Under the pieces are notes generated by a model. That model saw nothing but the letters and a program-made list of their open reading frames with translations, made no database searches and was not told where the DNA came from. Made by a program: the position numbers and the translations under genes. A stretch of DNA of 64,000 bases from an uncultured Ruminococcus sp. (GTDB lineage Bacteria > Bacillota > Clostridia > Oscillospirales > Acutalibacteraceae): positions 15,403 to 79,402 of the forward strand of contig CACYIC010000001.1 of assembly GCA_902774325.1 (NCBI GenBank), in the 5' to 3' direction. The stretch's first letter is position 1. Each line of letters starts with the position of its first letter. Shown here in pieces: positions 9,591-18,642 of the stretch.

Positions 9591-10999
9591 AATACGAATT
9601 GGTTTCGGGTTTTGAAACCCATATCGAGCTTTCCACAAGGACAAAGATATTCTGCAACTGCACAACGCAGTTCGGCGGCGAGCCGAATACTCACTGCTGT
9701 CCCGTCTGCATCGGTCTGCCGGGCACGCTTCCCGTGCTCAACCGCGAGGTCGTGCGCTACGCGATCAAGGCGGGTCTTGCGGTTCACGGCGAGATAGCGG
9801 AGATCGCCAAAATGGACAGAAAGAACTATTGCTATCCCGATCTTTCAAAGGCGTACCAGATCAGCCAGCTCTACGCTCCGCTGATAATCGGAGGATATGT
9901 CGAGCTTTCAAACGGCAGAAGGATCCGCCTGCACCATATCCACATCGAGGAGGACGCCGGAAAGCTGATCCACCAGCACGGCGACACCTACGTTGATTAC
10001 AACCGGGGCGGAGTCCCGCTCATCGAGATCGTTTCCGAGCCGGATATCCGCTCGATCGACGAGGCGAAGGAATACGTCGAAAGGCTCCAGCAGGTAATGC
10101 GCTATATCGGGATCTCCGACTGCAAGATGCAGGAGGGCTCGATGCGCTGCGACGTAAATATTTCGGTTCGTCCCGAGGGAAGCGAGAAATTCGGCACCCG
10201 CACCGAAATAAAGAACATGAACTCCATCGCGAATATCGCGAAGGCTATGGAATATGAGTACGACCGCCAGGTCGATCTGATCGAGAGCGGCGGAAAGGTG
10301 ATCCAGGAGACCCTGCGCTACGACGACGCGACCGGCACGACCTCTCCGATGCGCAGCAAGGAGGACGCTCACGACTACCGCTACTTCCGCGACCCCGACC
10401 TTGTGACGATCAACGTTCCGCGCGAGGAGGTCGAAAGGCTCAGAGCCGAGCTGCCCGAGCTGCCGATGGACAAGTGCAGGCGCTACGTCAACGAGCTCGA
10501 GATCCCTGAAAAGGACGCTCTGCTGCTCACGAAGTACAGAAGGATAAGCGAGTATTTCGACGAGGCGATAAAGGGTGTCAAGTCGCCAAAGACGGTTTCC
10601 AACTTCATTATCGGGCAGATGTTCCGCCGCACCGAGACCGAGAGCGACAAGGAGCTTTTTGAGCTCGCGACAAGTCCTGCTCAGCTCAACGAGCTTGTAA
10701 GGCTGCTCGACAGCGGAAAGATCCGCAATAATCTAGCAAAGTCCACGCTCGAAAAAATGCTCGACAGCGGAAAGGGCGCACTTGAGTTCATCAGCGAGAG
10801 CGATATGGGCGGCGTGGATGAAAACGCTCTGCTCGAGCTTTGCAGGAAAGCGATAGAGGGCAACCCCAAGGCGGTCGAGGACTACAAAAACGGCAAGGAA
10901 AAGGCGATAAAATCCCTTGTCGGAAACGTCATGAAGAACAGCCGCGGCAAGGCTGACGCGATGGCTGCCGAGGCTAAGATCAAGGAATTGATAGGATAA
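9587..10999 (+). CDS. gatB: Asp/Glu-tRNA amidotransferase subunit B (GTG start overlapping the gatA stop)
   Basis: GFETHIEL, CPVCIGLPG, HIEEDAGK, DYNRGGVPLIEIVSEPD, EIKNMNS, DYRYFRDPDL. Confidence 0.95.
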   Translation: MKYELVSGFETHIELSTRTKIFCNCTTQFGGEPNTHCCPVCIGLPGTLPVLNREVVRYAIKAGLAVHGEIAEIAKMDRKNYCYPDLSKAYQISQLYAPLIIGGYVELSNGRRIRLHHIHIEEDAGKLIHQHGDTYVDYNRGGVPLIEIVSEPDIRSIDEAKEYVERLQQVMRYIGISDCKMQEGSMRCDVNISVRPEGSEKFGTRTEIKNMNSIANIAKAMEYEYDRQVDLIESGGKVIQETLRYDDATGTTSPMRSKEDAHDYRYFRDPDLVTINVPREEVERLRAELPELPMDKCRRYVNELEIPEKDALLLTKYRRISEYFDEAIKGVKSPKTVSNFIIGQMFRRTETESDKELFELATSPAQLNELVRLLDSGKIRNNLAKSTLEKMLDSGKGALEFISESDMGGVDENALLELCRKAIEGNPKAVEDYKNGKEKAIKSLVGNVMKNSRGKADAMAAEAKIKELIG

Positions 11000-11019
11000 T
11001 CCAAATCCGAAAAAAAGAT

Positions 11020-11095
11020 ACGGCGTCCGGTTCGTTGGATCGGACGCCGTTGCTGCTGAAAACAGGGGATCGGTTCTTTTTGAGCCGATCCCCTG
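11020..11095. terminator. Two strong hairpins between convergent gatB and trpB2
   Basis: ACGGCGTCCG/CGGACGCCGT (11020-11050) and CAGGGGATCGG/CCGATCCCCTG (11063-11095). Confidence 0.75.
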
Positions 11096-11140
11096 AAATA
11101 ATTTATTTTTTGAAATCACAACGTTTTGGATGATGGCGAT

Positions 11141-11197
11141 GCTTTTTGTTCGGACATCATAAGGCAGCGGACAGAACGATTTTTGACCCGCCGTCGC
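11141..11197. repeat. Decayed solo copy of the 110-bp tandem-array unit
   Basis: Ungapped 41/57 match to the array core at about 35398-35454, including an exact 17-mer TTTTGACCCGCCGTCGC. Confidence 0.65.
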
Positions 11198-12574
11198 TTA
11201 TAAGTCTATCTTGGGCAGACCCGCGAAGCCCTTTTCAAGATCCTCGTCGGTGGGGATATAGTCGGACATCTCTCCGTCGTTGTACTTCTGATAGGCGACC
11301 ATATCGAAGTAGCCCGTGCCGGTAAGACCGAAGAGGATGGTTTTCTCCTCGCCTGTTTCCTTGCACTTGAGAGCCTCGTCGATAGCGGCGCGGATCGCGT
11401 GGCTGGACTCGGGAGCGGGAAGGATGCCCTCAACTCTCGCGAACTGCTCGGCGGCGGCGAATACCGAAGTCTGCTCAACGCTGACAGCCTCCATCAGACC
11501 GTCGTGATAGAGCTGGGAGAGGGTGCTGCTCATGCCGTGATAGCGCAGACCGCCCGCGTGGTTGGCGGAGGGAATGAAGCCTGAGCCGAGGGTGTACATC
11601 TTGGCGAGCGGGCAGACCATGCCGGTGTCGCAGAAGTCGTATGCGAACTTTCCTCTGGTGAAGCTGGGGCAGGAAGCGGGCTCGACGGCGATGATGCGGT
11701 AATCAGCCTCGCCTCTGAGCTTCTCGCCCATGAAGGGAGCGATGAGTCCGCCGAGGTTAGAGCCGCCGCCGGCGCAGCCGATGATAACGTCGGGCTTGAC
11801 GCCGAGCTTGTCGAACGCAGCCTTAGCCTCAAGACCGATAACGCTCTGGTGCAGGAGCACCTGATTGAGCACGCTGCCGAGAACATAGCGGTAGCCCTCG
11901 GAGTGAGTAGCGACCTCGACAGCCTCGGAGATAGCGCAGCCGAGGCTTCCGGTGGTGCCGGGGTGAGCCTCAAGGATCCTCTTGCCGATCTCGGTAGTGG
12001 TCGAAGGGGAGGGGGTAACGTCCGCGCCGTAAACGCGCATTACCTCGCGGCGGAAGGGCTTCTGCTCGTAGGAGACCTTTACCATGTAAACCTTGCAGTC
12101 AAGTCCGAAGTAGGAGCAAGCCATTGAGAGAGCTGTGCCCCACTGACCCGCGCCGGTCTCGGTGGTAACTCCCTTGAGTCCCTGCTTCTTGGCGTAATAT
12201 GCCTGGGCGATAGCGGAGTTGAGCTTGTGGCTGCCGCTGGTGTTGTTGCCCTCAAACTTGTAGTAGATCTTGGCGGGGGTGTCGAGCGCCTTCTCGAGGA
12301 AGTAGGCGCGGACAAGGGGAGAGGGACGGTACATCTTGTAGAAGTCGAGGATCTCTTCCGGGATGTCGATGTAAGCGTCGGTGTTGTTGAGCTCCTGGGC
12401 GATAAGCTCCTCGCAGAATACGGGAGCAAGCTCCTCGGCGGTCATGGGCTCGAGGGTTCCGGGATTGAGCAGCGGAGCGGGCTTGTTTTTCATATCCGCT
12501 CTCATATTGTACCATTTTGTGGGGATCTCGTTTTCATCAAGATAAGTTTTGTAAGGAATTTTGTTTTCTGACAT
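11198..12574 (-). CDS. trpB2: TrpB2-type (TrpB-like PLP-dependent) tryptophan synthase beta chain
   Basis: YYKFEGNNTSGSHKLNSA (PLP lysine), ETGAGQWG, GGGSNLGG, HAGGLRYHG, PAPESSHA; ~458 aa as typical of TrpB2. Confidence 0.9.
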   Translation of the reverse strand: MSENKIPYKTYLDENEIPTKWYNMRADMKNKPAPLLNPGTLEPMTAEELAPVFCEELIAQELNNTDAYIDIPEEILDFYKMYRPSPLVRAYFLEKALDTPAKIYYKFEGNNTSGSHKLNSAIAQAYYAKKQGLKGVTTETGAGQWGTALSMACSYFGLDCKVYMVKVSYEQKPFRREVMRVYGADVTPSPSTTTEIGKRILEAHPGTTGSLGCAISEAVEVATHSEGYRYVLGSVLNQVLLHQSVIGLEAKAAFDKLGVKPDVIIGCAGGGSNLGGLIAPFMGEKLRGEADYRIIAVEPASCPSFTRGKFAYDFCDTGMVCPLAKMYTLGSGFIPSANHAGGLRYHGMSSTLSQLYHDGLMEAVSVEQTSVFAAAEQFARVEGILPAPESSHAIRAAIDEALKCKETGEEKTILFGLTGTGYFDMVAYQKYNDGEMSDYIPTDEDLEKGFAGLPKIDL

Positions 12575-12725
12575 TTTTAATAACCTCCAATATACCATAT
12601 CAGCTTTCGCTGCTGTTTATAAAATTATAATGACGTTTTATAATGATTCTCGCGGACGGCTTCAGCGCCATCGCCTTGTCATCAGATACATAAAATCACT
12701 GCTTTCAAAAAAAGTAATAACAAAT

Positions 12726-12995
12726 AAAAAAACTGTCCCTGGCAAATAAATGCCGGGACAGGTAAATCCTGCGGTGCCACCCTGCTTGGCGCTTTCGCGC
12801 CCACTCAACACGTACTTCATACGCTGACCTTTGATCACGGAGAGCCGCACTCCGTCTCACATACTCCGCTTTCGCGTTTCCGTTCGCCCTCGGAAGTCCA
12901 TTCGATAATGCTTTCTCTGCCGCGCTCCCACCGTCCGCGGCTCTCTGAAAGAGAAGGTGCAGAACCTACTCACTCTTCCTCATCGGTTTTGATAT
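12726..12995 (-). promoter_or_regulatory. Tryptophan T-box riboswitch leader
   Basis: Minus strand: AG box (AGAGA), GGTGGGA, specifier GAA-TGG-AC (TGG at 12900-12898), T-box AGGGTGGCACCGCAG (12783-12769), terminator CTGTCCCGGC...GCCAGGGACAG-T7. Confidence 0.92.
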
Positions 12996-13001
12996 GTGTG
13001 C

Positions 13002-13030
13002 ATTATAGCGCATAAATTTTTTCATGTCAA
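13002..13030 (-). promoter_or_regulatory. Sigma-A promoter of the T-box/trpB2 transcript
   Basis: TTGACA-17 bp-TATAAT, perfect consensus. Confidence 0.9.
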
Positions 13031-13218
13031 GAGCTTTTTTGAAATTTTTTATCTGTTTTTTCAAAAAAATGCAGGGCAAATAGTCATATCCTGCAAAATG
13101 TTCTTTCGCTTTTTTGGACAGAATGACAGAAAGTCAATTACTGTTTGACATCATCAGACAAAAATGCTAAAATACTTTTGCAAAAAATCAAAGCGTAATA
13201 ATGAAAAGAGGTCTTTTT

Positions 13219-13983
13219 ATGTATTGCAGCAAATGCGGCGCTCAGCTTCCGGACGACGCGACCTTCTGCTTCAACTGCGGTCAGTCCCAGTCGGCTGCCA
13301 CTCAGCAGGCTTATCAGCCTCAGATTCGTCAGAATCAGTATCAGCAGCCCTCCAATGCTCTCGAGCAGCCTAACGGCAGGGTCAGGACCGTCGCGGACAA
13401 GGTGATAATGATTATACTCATGGTGTTCACCCTCGGTGGCGCGCTTCTGCCCTTCGCTCCCTGGGCGGTCATCCCGCTCAACAGCGATATCACGAGCTTC
13501 CTCGGCAGCGCTGATTACGCGGGTCCGGTGAACGTGTTCGGCGTTATCGGCTTCCTCGACAGGTTACTCAAAACCCTCGGCGACACCCTGATCTCGGCGA
13601 ATATGGATCCCACGGGCATCGAGATGCTCTGGCTCGTAGTGATATTTATGAGGGTTATCGCGGTCATGATGGTCATTTCAATGGTGCTTTCGTTTGTGAT
13701 GATAATTCTCGGGCTCTGCTTCCAATACAAGCCCTCCTGCGTTTTCTCGATGATCTCGGCGGTGACGATGTTTATTTCCTCGATCAGCTACACGATCTTC
13801 CTGGTCATTTTCAGCATGACCAATCTCTATACGGAATCAGATATGTTCGCGACAATGACCCTGATACCGGTTTTGGCGATACTCGTTTCGTTGGTAAACG
13901 TTGTGCTGACGATAGTCGCGATGGTTCTCACCACAAGGGCGAGAAACAAAAAGCTCGCGGCAAAAAGCGGCAGACTCTTATAA
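13219..13983 (+). CDS. Zinc-ribbon membrane protein (CxxC...CxxC, Q-rich linker, about 4-5 TM helices)
   Basis: MYCSKCGAQLPDDATFCFNCG; hydrophobic segments; promoter TTGACA-17-TAAAAT at 13145-13173; terminator 13997-14034. Confidence 0.75.
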   Translation: MYCSKCGAQLPDDATFCFNCGQSQSAATQQAYQPQIRQNQYQQPSNALEQPNGRVRTVADKVIMIILMVFTLGGALLPFAPWAVIPLNSDITSFLGSADYAGPVNVFGVIGFLDRLLKTLGDTLISANMDPTGIEMLWLVVIFMRVIAVMMVISMVLSFVMIILGLCFQYKPSCVFSMISAVTMFISSISYTIFLVIFSMTNLYTESDMFATMTLIPVLAILVSLVNVVLTIVAMVLTTRARNKKLAAKSGRLL

Positions 13984-14114
13984 CCTGATATAACGCCAAG
14001 GGCTCGGAGCTTATGACCGAGCCCTTGTTTTTTTGAAGGGAGTCGCAGCGCTCCGTATAAAGGCAAAACATTTTTGTGAAAATCAAAAGAGCAAAAAAAT
14101 ATTCATGCGAATTA

Positions 14115-14143
14115 TTGAAAATGGCTTAGCAGTATGGTAGAAT
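14115..14143 (+). promoter_or_regulatory. Sigma-A promoter of the small-ORF/VWA unit
   Basis: TTGAAA-17 bp-TAGAAT with TG extension. Confidence 0.65.
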
Positions 14144-14174
14144 AAAAGGGAAAAATTTGTTATGAGGTGAGATC

Positions 14175-14360
14175 ATGCCATTCGGAAGCTATACCGCATA
14201 TTACGGCTCGGACAAAATCCTTGCCGGAGGTCTCGCGGGAGCGATCCCGCTTCCCAGACCCGATTATATCAACGCGTCAAGCTCAAAAAAGCTGCCCTCC
14301 GATTACTACACCAAGCAGACGCCGCAGGGCGTTCCGAGGGATTTTAACCCAAAAAGCTGA
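14175..14360 (+). CDS. 61-aa hypothetical small protein
   Basis: Strong RBS GAGGTGA 4 nt before the ATG, directly downstream of a consensus promoter; no recognised family. Confidence 0.55.
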   Translation: MPFGSYTAYYGSDKILAGGLAGAIPLPRPDYINASSSKKLPSDYYTKQTPQGVPRDFNPKS

Positions 14361-14402
14361 ACGGTCAGGATTTTTCAGGCGATAAGGTAAGGGAGAAAGC
14401 TT

Positions 14403-15677
14403 ATGAAAGACAGAAGATTTGATTTATTATCCGCGATCGTTTCGTTCGCGGCGGCGCTTATCGTGCTGGTGCCCATGGTCGCGCTTAGTTATTTTTCGGA
14501 GCCTCTGGGCTGGTTCGTTCAGGCGCTCTTTGTGGGACTCACGCTTCCTGTCGCGGCTCTGGCGGGCTTCGGAGCGGTTCATCTGCTCTGCCGTTTAAGG
14601 CGCGGCATGAAAATCGAGCTGCCCGGTTTGTTCACGGGCGGCGGTGCGATCTTCCTCGCGCTGCTGTTCCTCGCGGGAGCCGTCGGACAGATCGTTTATT
14701 CGCTTCATCTTGAGCAGAGGGTCACTTACAGGGAGGAGACCGTCCAAACTACGACTCCTGTCGTCAACGGTCACGCGCCCTGCGACATCGCTCTGCTGAT
14801 CGATTCCTCCGGCTCGATGATCGACAAGACGGATATCGTCGTAAGAGCGTCGGACGCGTTTGTTGACAGCCTTCCCGACTCCGCCGATCTCGCTCTTGGC
14901 ATTTTTACCAGCAAGGTGACTCCGAGCTGGGGACTCAGGAAGATGGACGCCGCGGGCAAGGAGGAAACCAAGAAGAACCTCCGCGAGGACGGAGAGGGCG
15001 CGACTACCGAGATCGCCGAGGCGCTCGAGTGGGCTTACGACACCCTCAGCGCGGCGGACGACGGGACGCGCAATCAGTTTGTGGTCATAGTCACCGACGG
15101 CGTGTCGCCCCTTCATCAGAGCGTAATCGAAAAATACGACAGGACTAAATGCGATATAAAGGTTTATTCCATCCTCACCGTTGACGAGCTTTATGATTCG
15201 TGGCTGGGCGAAAGCGTAACTACAAAGAGGTTCGTCGATTTTGTCGACAGCACCGGAGGCTTCAATTCGGAGGTCAGGACGGGAGACGACGAGGAGGCGG
15301 CGATCGCGGAGCTCACAAAGGTGTTCAATAACATCTCGTCGGAGAATATCACCCCGACAGACAATGTCAAGAGGGTTCGCGAGGTGAGCACCGGACTCGG
15401 CTTTGCCAACGGAACCATCCTTCACGACGATTTCAGCGTCAGGATCTTCGGAATAATCATGCGCTTTGTATTCTTCTTCATCTTCGCGGGGCTTATGCAG
15501 CTCTATTATTTCAGGGATTTCCGCTTGTCAAAGCTCCTTATCTGCCTGGGAGAATCGGCTGTCGCGACGGCGCTCGTCACCCTCGGCGGTATCCTTGGCG
15601 CGGCGATGATCTCGATCATCGCGCTGGCGCTGTGCCTGTTCGCGCTGTTCGCGGTGCTTGAGATCCCGGAATACTGA
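14403..15677 (+). CDS. Membrane protein with von Willebrand A domain
   Basis: 3 N-terminal TMs, MIDAS LLIDSSGSM...T...VIVTDG, 3-4 C-terminal TMs. Confidence 0.85.
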   Translation: MKDRRFDLLSAIVSFAAALIVLVPMVALSYFSEPLGWFVQALFVGLTLPVAALAGFGAVHLLCRLRRGMKIELPGLFTGGGAIFLALLFLAGAVGQIVYSLHLEQRVTYREETVQTTTPVVNGHAPCDIALLIDSSGSMIDKTDIVVRASDAFVDSLPDSADLALGIFTSKVTPSWGLRKMDAAGKEETKKNLREDGEGATTEIAEALEWAYDTLSAADDGTRNQFVVIVTDGVSPLHQSVIEKYDRTKCDIKVYSILTVDELYDSWLGESVTTKRFVDFVDSTGGFNSEVRTGDDEEAAIAELTKVFNNISSENITPTDNVKRVREVSTGLGFANGTILHDDFSVRIFGIIMRFVFFFIFAGLMQLYYFRDFRLSKLLICLGESAVATALVTLGGILGAAMISIIALALCLFALFAVLEIPEY

Positions 15678-15746
15678 TCTGACGGACGGTTTAATAAAGG
15701 CGTGCGCCGTGAACTGCGCGGTGTTGCCTGAATTGAATGAGCATTA

Positions 15747-15795
15747 AAAGAAATCGCTTCCTTGGGAGTATATCTCCCGTGGAAGCGATTTTTTC
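15747..15795 (+). terminator. Terminator after the VWA gene (probably bidirectional)
   Basis: AAATCGCTTCC...GGGAG tata TCTCCC...GGAAGCGATTT then T-run. Confidence 0.7.
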
Positions 15796-15831
15796 TTCAA
15801 AGCTTTGCTTTTATCAAAGCAAGCAGTGCGC
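15795..15831 (+). repeat. 37-bp repeat, inverted partner of 18427-18463
   Basis: CTTCAAAGCTTTGCTTTTATCAAAGCAAGCAGTGCGC; 35/37 identical to the reverse complement of 18427-18463. Confidence 0.8.
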
Positions 15832-17206
15832 CGCGCCGCGATTTCGGGAGCGCCTTTTTTTCTCTGTCCGGCGCGTCGGGTCGGACTATACGCTTGCCGC
15901 GCCATCTTCCTCTTCTCCATCGCGCCAGCATCAGCGCGCCTCGGACACATTCATCCGCGGCGAGGGCGATCCACATCCCGTAGAGCCCCATTCCGAACAC
16001 GACTGCCATCAGATAGGAGCCGAGCACGCTGAGGAGCCAGTTGGAGAAGATCGCGCACATGGTCGGGAAATAAACATCCCCCGCTCCGCGCATACAGGCG
16101 ATCAGAACCAGATTCGTTGTCCTGCCCAGCTCCAGGACGCAGTTGAGCAGGATTATGTCGGCGCAAACAGAGATGACCCCGGGGTTATCGGTGAACAGCC
16201 CGATCAGCTGTTTTCTGAGCAATACGCCGACAGCGCAGGTTATCGCCGTTATCAGCAGCGCCGTCCTGTGAGAGCGGCGACCCTGACGGTACGCCTCGTC
16301 GGTCTTGCCCGCGCCGACAAGATGCCCGATCATGATCTGAGAAGCCTGACCTATGGCGAGCGAGCAGAGATAAAACAGCATCGTGACGCTCTGGACATAG
16401 GTCTTGGCTATCAGCTCGTTCTCCGAAAGACAGTTTAGCACGATAGCCGTGATGACGAGCTGAGAAAGATTATAAAGAAAGGTCTCCGCGGCGGAGGGCA
16501 CGCCGACCTTCAGCATCATTGCGAGCTGCCTGAACGGAAACGGCATCAGCGTTTTAAAGACAGAAGGCTTTTCTATCTTCGTAAACAGTATGACGGTCAA
16601 AAGCGCGCAGCCGATCAAACGACCCGCGCACGTAGCGAGCGCCGCGCCCGCAACGCCCAGCCTCGGCACCAGCACAAGATCCGCCGCCGTGTTGAAAAGG
16701 TTTATCCCCACGGAGACGTACATCATGATCCGGGTGAGTCCGTGGTTGCGGATGATCACCGAAAGCGCGGTTATCGCCGCCTGTAAAAAGATAGTCCCTC
16801 CGACGATCGACAGGTACTGACCGGCAAAGTCAAGCAGCTGACCGTCCGTGCCGATCAGCGTCAGCAGCGGGCGGTTGAAAAGCAAAAAGATCAGGCTGAT
16901 GAGGAGCCCGAAGCATAGTTGCAGTACGATGGACAGCGCTGCGGTCTGTGAGGCGGACTCTCTTTTTCCCGCCCCGAGATACTGAGAGATCATCACGGCG
17001 CTCGCCGTGGATATGATATTGAACACGATGGTGACGATGGACACCGCCTGATTTGCAGTGCCGACCGCGGAAGCCGCGAGGTCGTCGTATCCGCTGAGGA
17101 TCCAAACGTCTATCATACCGAGCAGCATGAACAGCGCCGTTTCGATAAAGATAGGCCACGCAAGGCTGAAAAGCGTCATTTTTTTCATAGCTTCGCCTGA
17201 TTTCAT
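15797..17206 (-). CDS. MATE-family efflux transporter (alternative start 17188)
   Basis: SLAWPIFIE, ASAVGTAN, SQYLGAG, GVAGAALAT, GLYGMWIAL; about 12 TMs. Confidence 0.92.
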   Translation of the reverse strand: MKSGEAMKKMTLFSLAWPIFIETALFMLLGMIDVWILSGYDDLAASAVGTANQAVSIVTIVFNIISTASAVMISQYLGAGKRESASQTAALSIVLQLCFGLLISLIFLLFNRPLLTLIGTDGQLLDFAGQYLSIVGGTIFLQAAITALSVIIRNHGLTRIMMYVSVGINLFNTAADLVLVPRLGVAGAALATCAGRLIGCALLTVILFTKIEKPSVFKTLMPFPFRQLAMMLKVGVPSAAETFLYNLSQLVITAIVLNCLSENELIAKTYVQSVTMLFYLCSLAIGQASQIMIGHLVGAGKTDEAYRQGRRSHRTALLITAITCAVGVLLRKQLIGLFTDNPGVISVCADIILLNCVLELGRTTNLVLIACMRGAGDVYFPTMCAIFSNWLLSVLGSYLMAVVFGMGLYGMWIALAADECVRGALMLARWRRGRWRGKRIVRPDAPDREKKALPKSRRGALLALIKAKL

Positions 17207-17269
17207 TTTGAGAATACTTGCATTATACTATTATATGATGTATAATTCTTGCATAAAATAACCGAGGTC

Positions 17270-17325
17270 TTAACACAAAATGATCTCTGTAGATCGTTTA
17301 TGAGATCATCCCGATTTTGTGTTAA
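17270..17325. promoter_or_regulatory. Nested palindrome in the divergent MATE/AraC promoter region
   Basis: TTAACACAAAAT (17270-17281) and ATTTTGTGTTAA (17314-17325), perfect; inner TGATCTC/GAGATCA. Confidence 0.55.
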
Positions 17326-17463
17326 TCAGAAAATACAATAGTGATAGTTTATTACGGCGAATTGATTTATAATGATCTTATAATGGGAATCAAGCTCCTT
17401 TTTAGAGCAATATAACACGGTTCGCGGTGCTGCCGTAATATAAAACGATGATCGAGGTAAAAA

Positions 17464-18336
17464 ATGTCTGTTTATCAGGAAACCAAGGTACACGGGACAA
17501 CTTCTTTTCCTTACGCGGTATATTGGGGACTCATTCCGGACTGGCTGAGCGGTTTTCCGCTTCACTGGCACGAGGAAATGGAGATCATCTGTGTGCGGGA
17601 GGGAAGCATCAGCGTCTCCGTCGGAAATAACGAATATACGGTTAACAGCGGAGAGCTTCTCCTGATACATCCGCAGATGATCCACTCCATCAGGCAGCAC
17701 GAAAACCGCCGGGGCTTATATGTGAATATTCTGTTCCGCTTTTCCATGCTGGAGAGCGGCTCGGAGGACGTGTGCCGCGAAAAGTATCTTGAGCCGATCT
17801 ACAGCCGCAGATTGTTGATGCCGGAGTATGTTTCTCTCGAGCATCCGCTGAATCCGCGCGTCGCGCCGATCATCAAGGAGCTGGCGGACAAAGCCGGTGT
17901 TGAAAGACCGGGCGACGAGCTGAGGATCAAAGGAAAGCTGTATGAGCTGATGTCCGTGATAATCGGATACTGCGAGGCTTCCGGCAACGCGCAGGCTAAT
18001 GAGGATATCATTTTTGAAAAGCTGAAATATTCTTTGGATTATATCAAAGAGAACTATGCCGAAAATATCGGTGTAGATACGATGGCGGCGGTCAGTAATT
18101 ATTCGGTGAGTCATTTTTCAAAGCTGTTCAAGCAGCTGACGGGAGCTTCATTTACGCAGTATTTGAAAAACTACCGGCTTGAGACCGCCGCGAACCGGCT
18201 GAGGAATGAAAGCGCGACGATCTCGGAGATCGCGTTGTCGTGCGGCTTCTCAAATCTTTCGTATTTTACCCGCGCGTTTTACAAGAAGTATAATATGACG
18301 CCGTCGCAATACAGAAGGAATCAGAGAAGCGTATAA
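17464..18336 (+). CDS. AraC-family regulator with N-terminal cupin domain
   Basis: PLHWHEEMEII; C-terminal HTH HFSKLFKQLTG...IALSCGFSNLSYFTRAFYK. Confidence 0.92.
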   Translation: MSVYQETKVHGTTSFPYAVYWGLIPDWLSGFPLHWHEEMEIICVREGSISVSVGNNEYTVNSGELLLIHPQMIHSIRQHENRRGLYVNILFRFSMLESGSEDVCREKYLEPIYSRRLLMPEYVSLEHPLNPRVAPIIKELADKAGVERPGDELRIKGKLYELMSVIIGYCEASGNAQANEDIIFEKLKYSLDYIKENYAENIGVDTMAAVSNYSVSHFSKLFKQLTGASFTQYLKNYRLETAANRLRNESATISEIALSCGFSNLSYFTRAFYKKYNMTPSQYRRNQRSV

Positions 18337-18426
18337 CAAATCAGATAATTTCCCCCGCCTCTATAGGCGGCGTCCGTTATCCGAAATCGGCGGTGGGATA
18401 CATCCCCCCGCTGAATCCGCAGTGCT

Positions 18427-18463
18427 GCGCGCTGCCTGCTTTGATAAAAGCAAAGCTTTGAAG
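18427..18463 (-). repeat. 37-bp repeat, inverted partner of 15795-15831
   Basis: GCGCGCTGCCTGCTTTGATAAAAGCAAAGCTTTGAAG. Confidence 0.8.
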
Positions 18464-18642
18464 CGGTCGGTACGCCGCACGGCTTGCTTGGATTATGCGG
18501 TACAGCCTTGATCCGACGTCCGGGAAAAGCCCGGAGATCCCTGTTTCATAAAGCGCTCGATCCTGTCCGCTTTGTCGCGTATAGGCGCACGCGAGCGAGC
18601 GCGTAAAAATACCGGAAACAATACTATTTAGGAGGTTTTGAA

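Noticed and set aside
12590-12720. Possible further hairpin element or internal promoter between the T-box and trpB2
   Set aside because: Only AT-rich TTATAA palindromes; no extended stem and no -35 box
15795-18463. Composite transposon or IS
   Set aside because: No transposase and no visible target-site duplication; kept only as a repeat-flanked cassette
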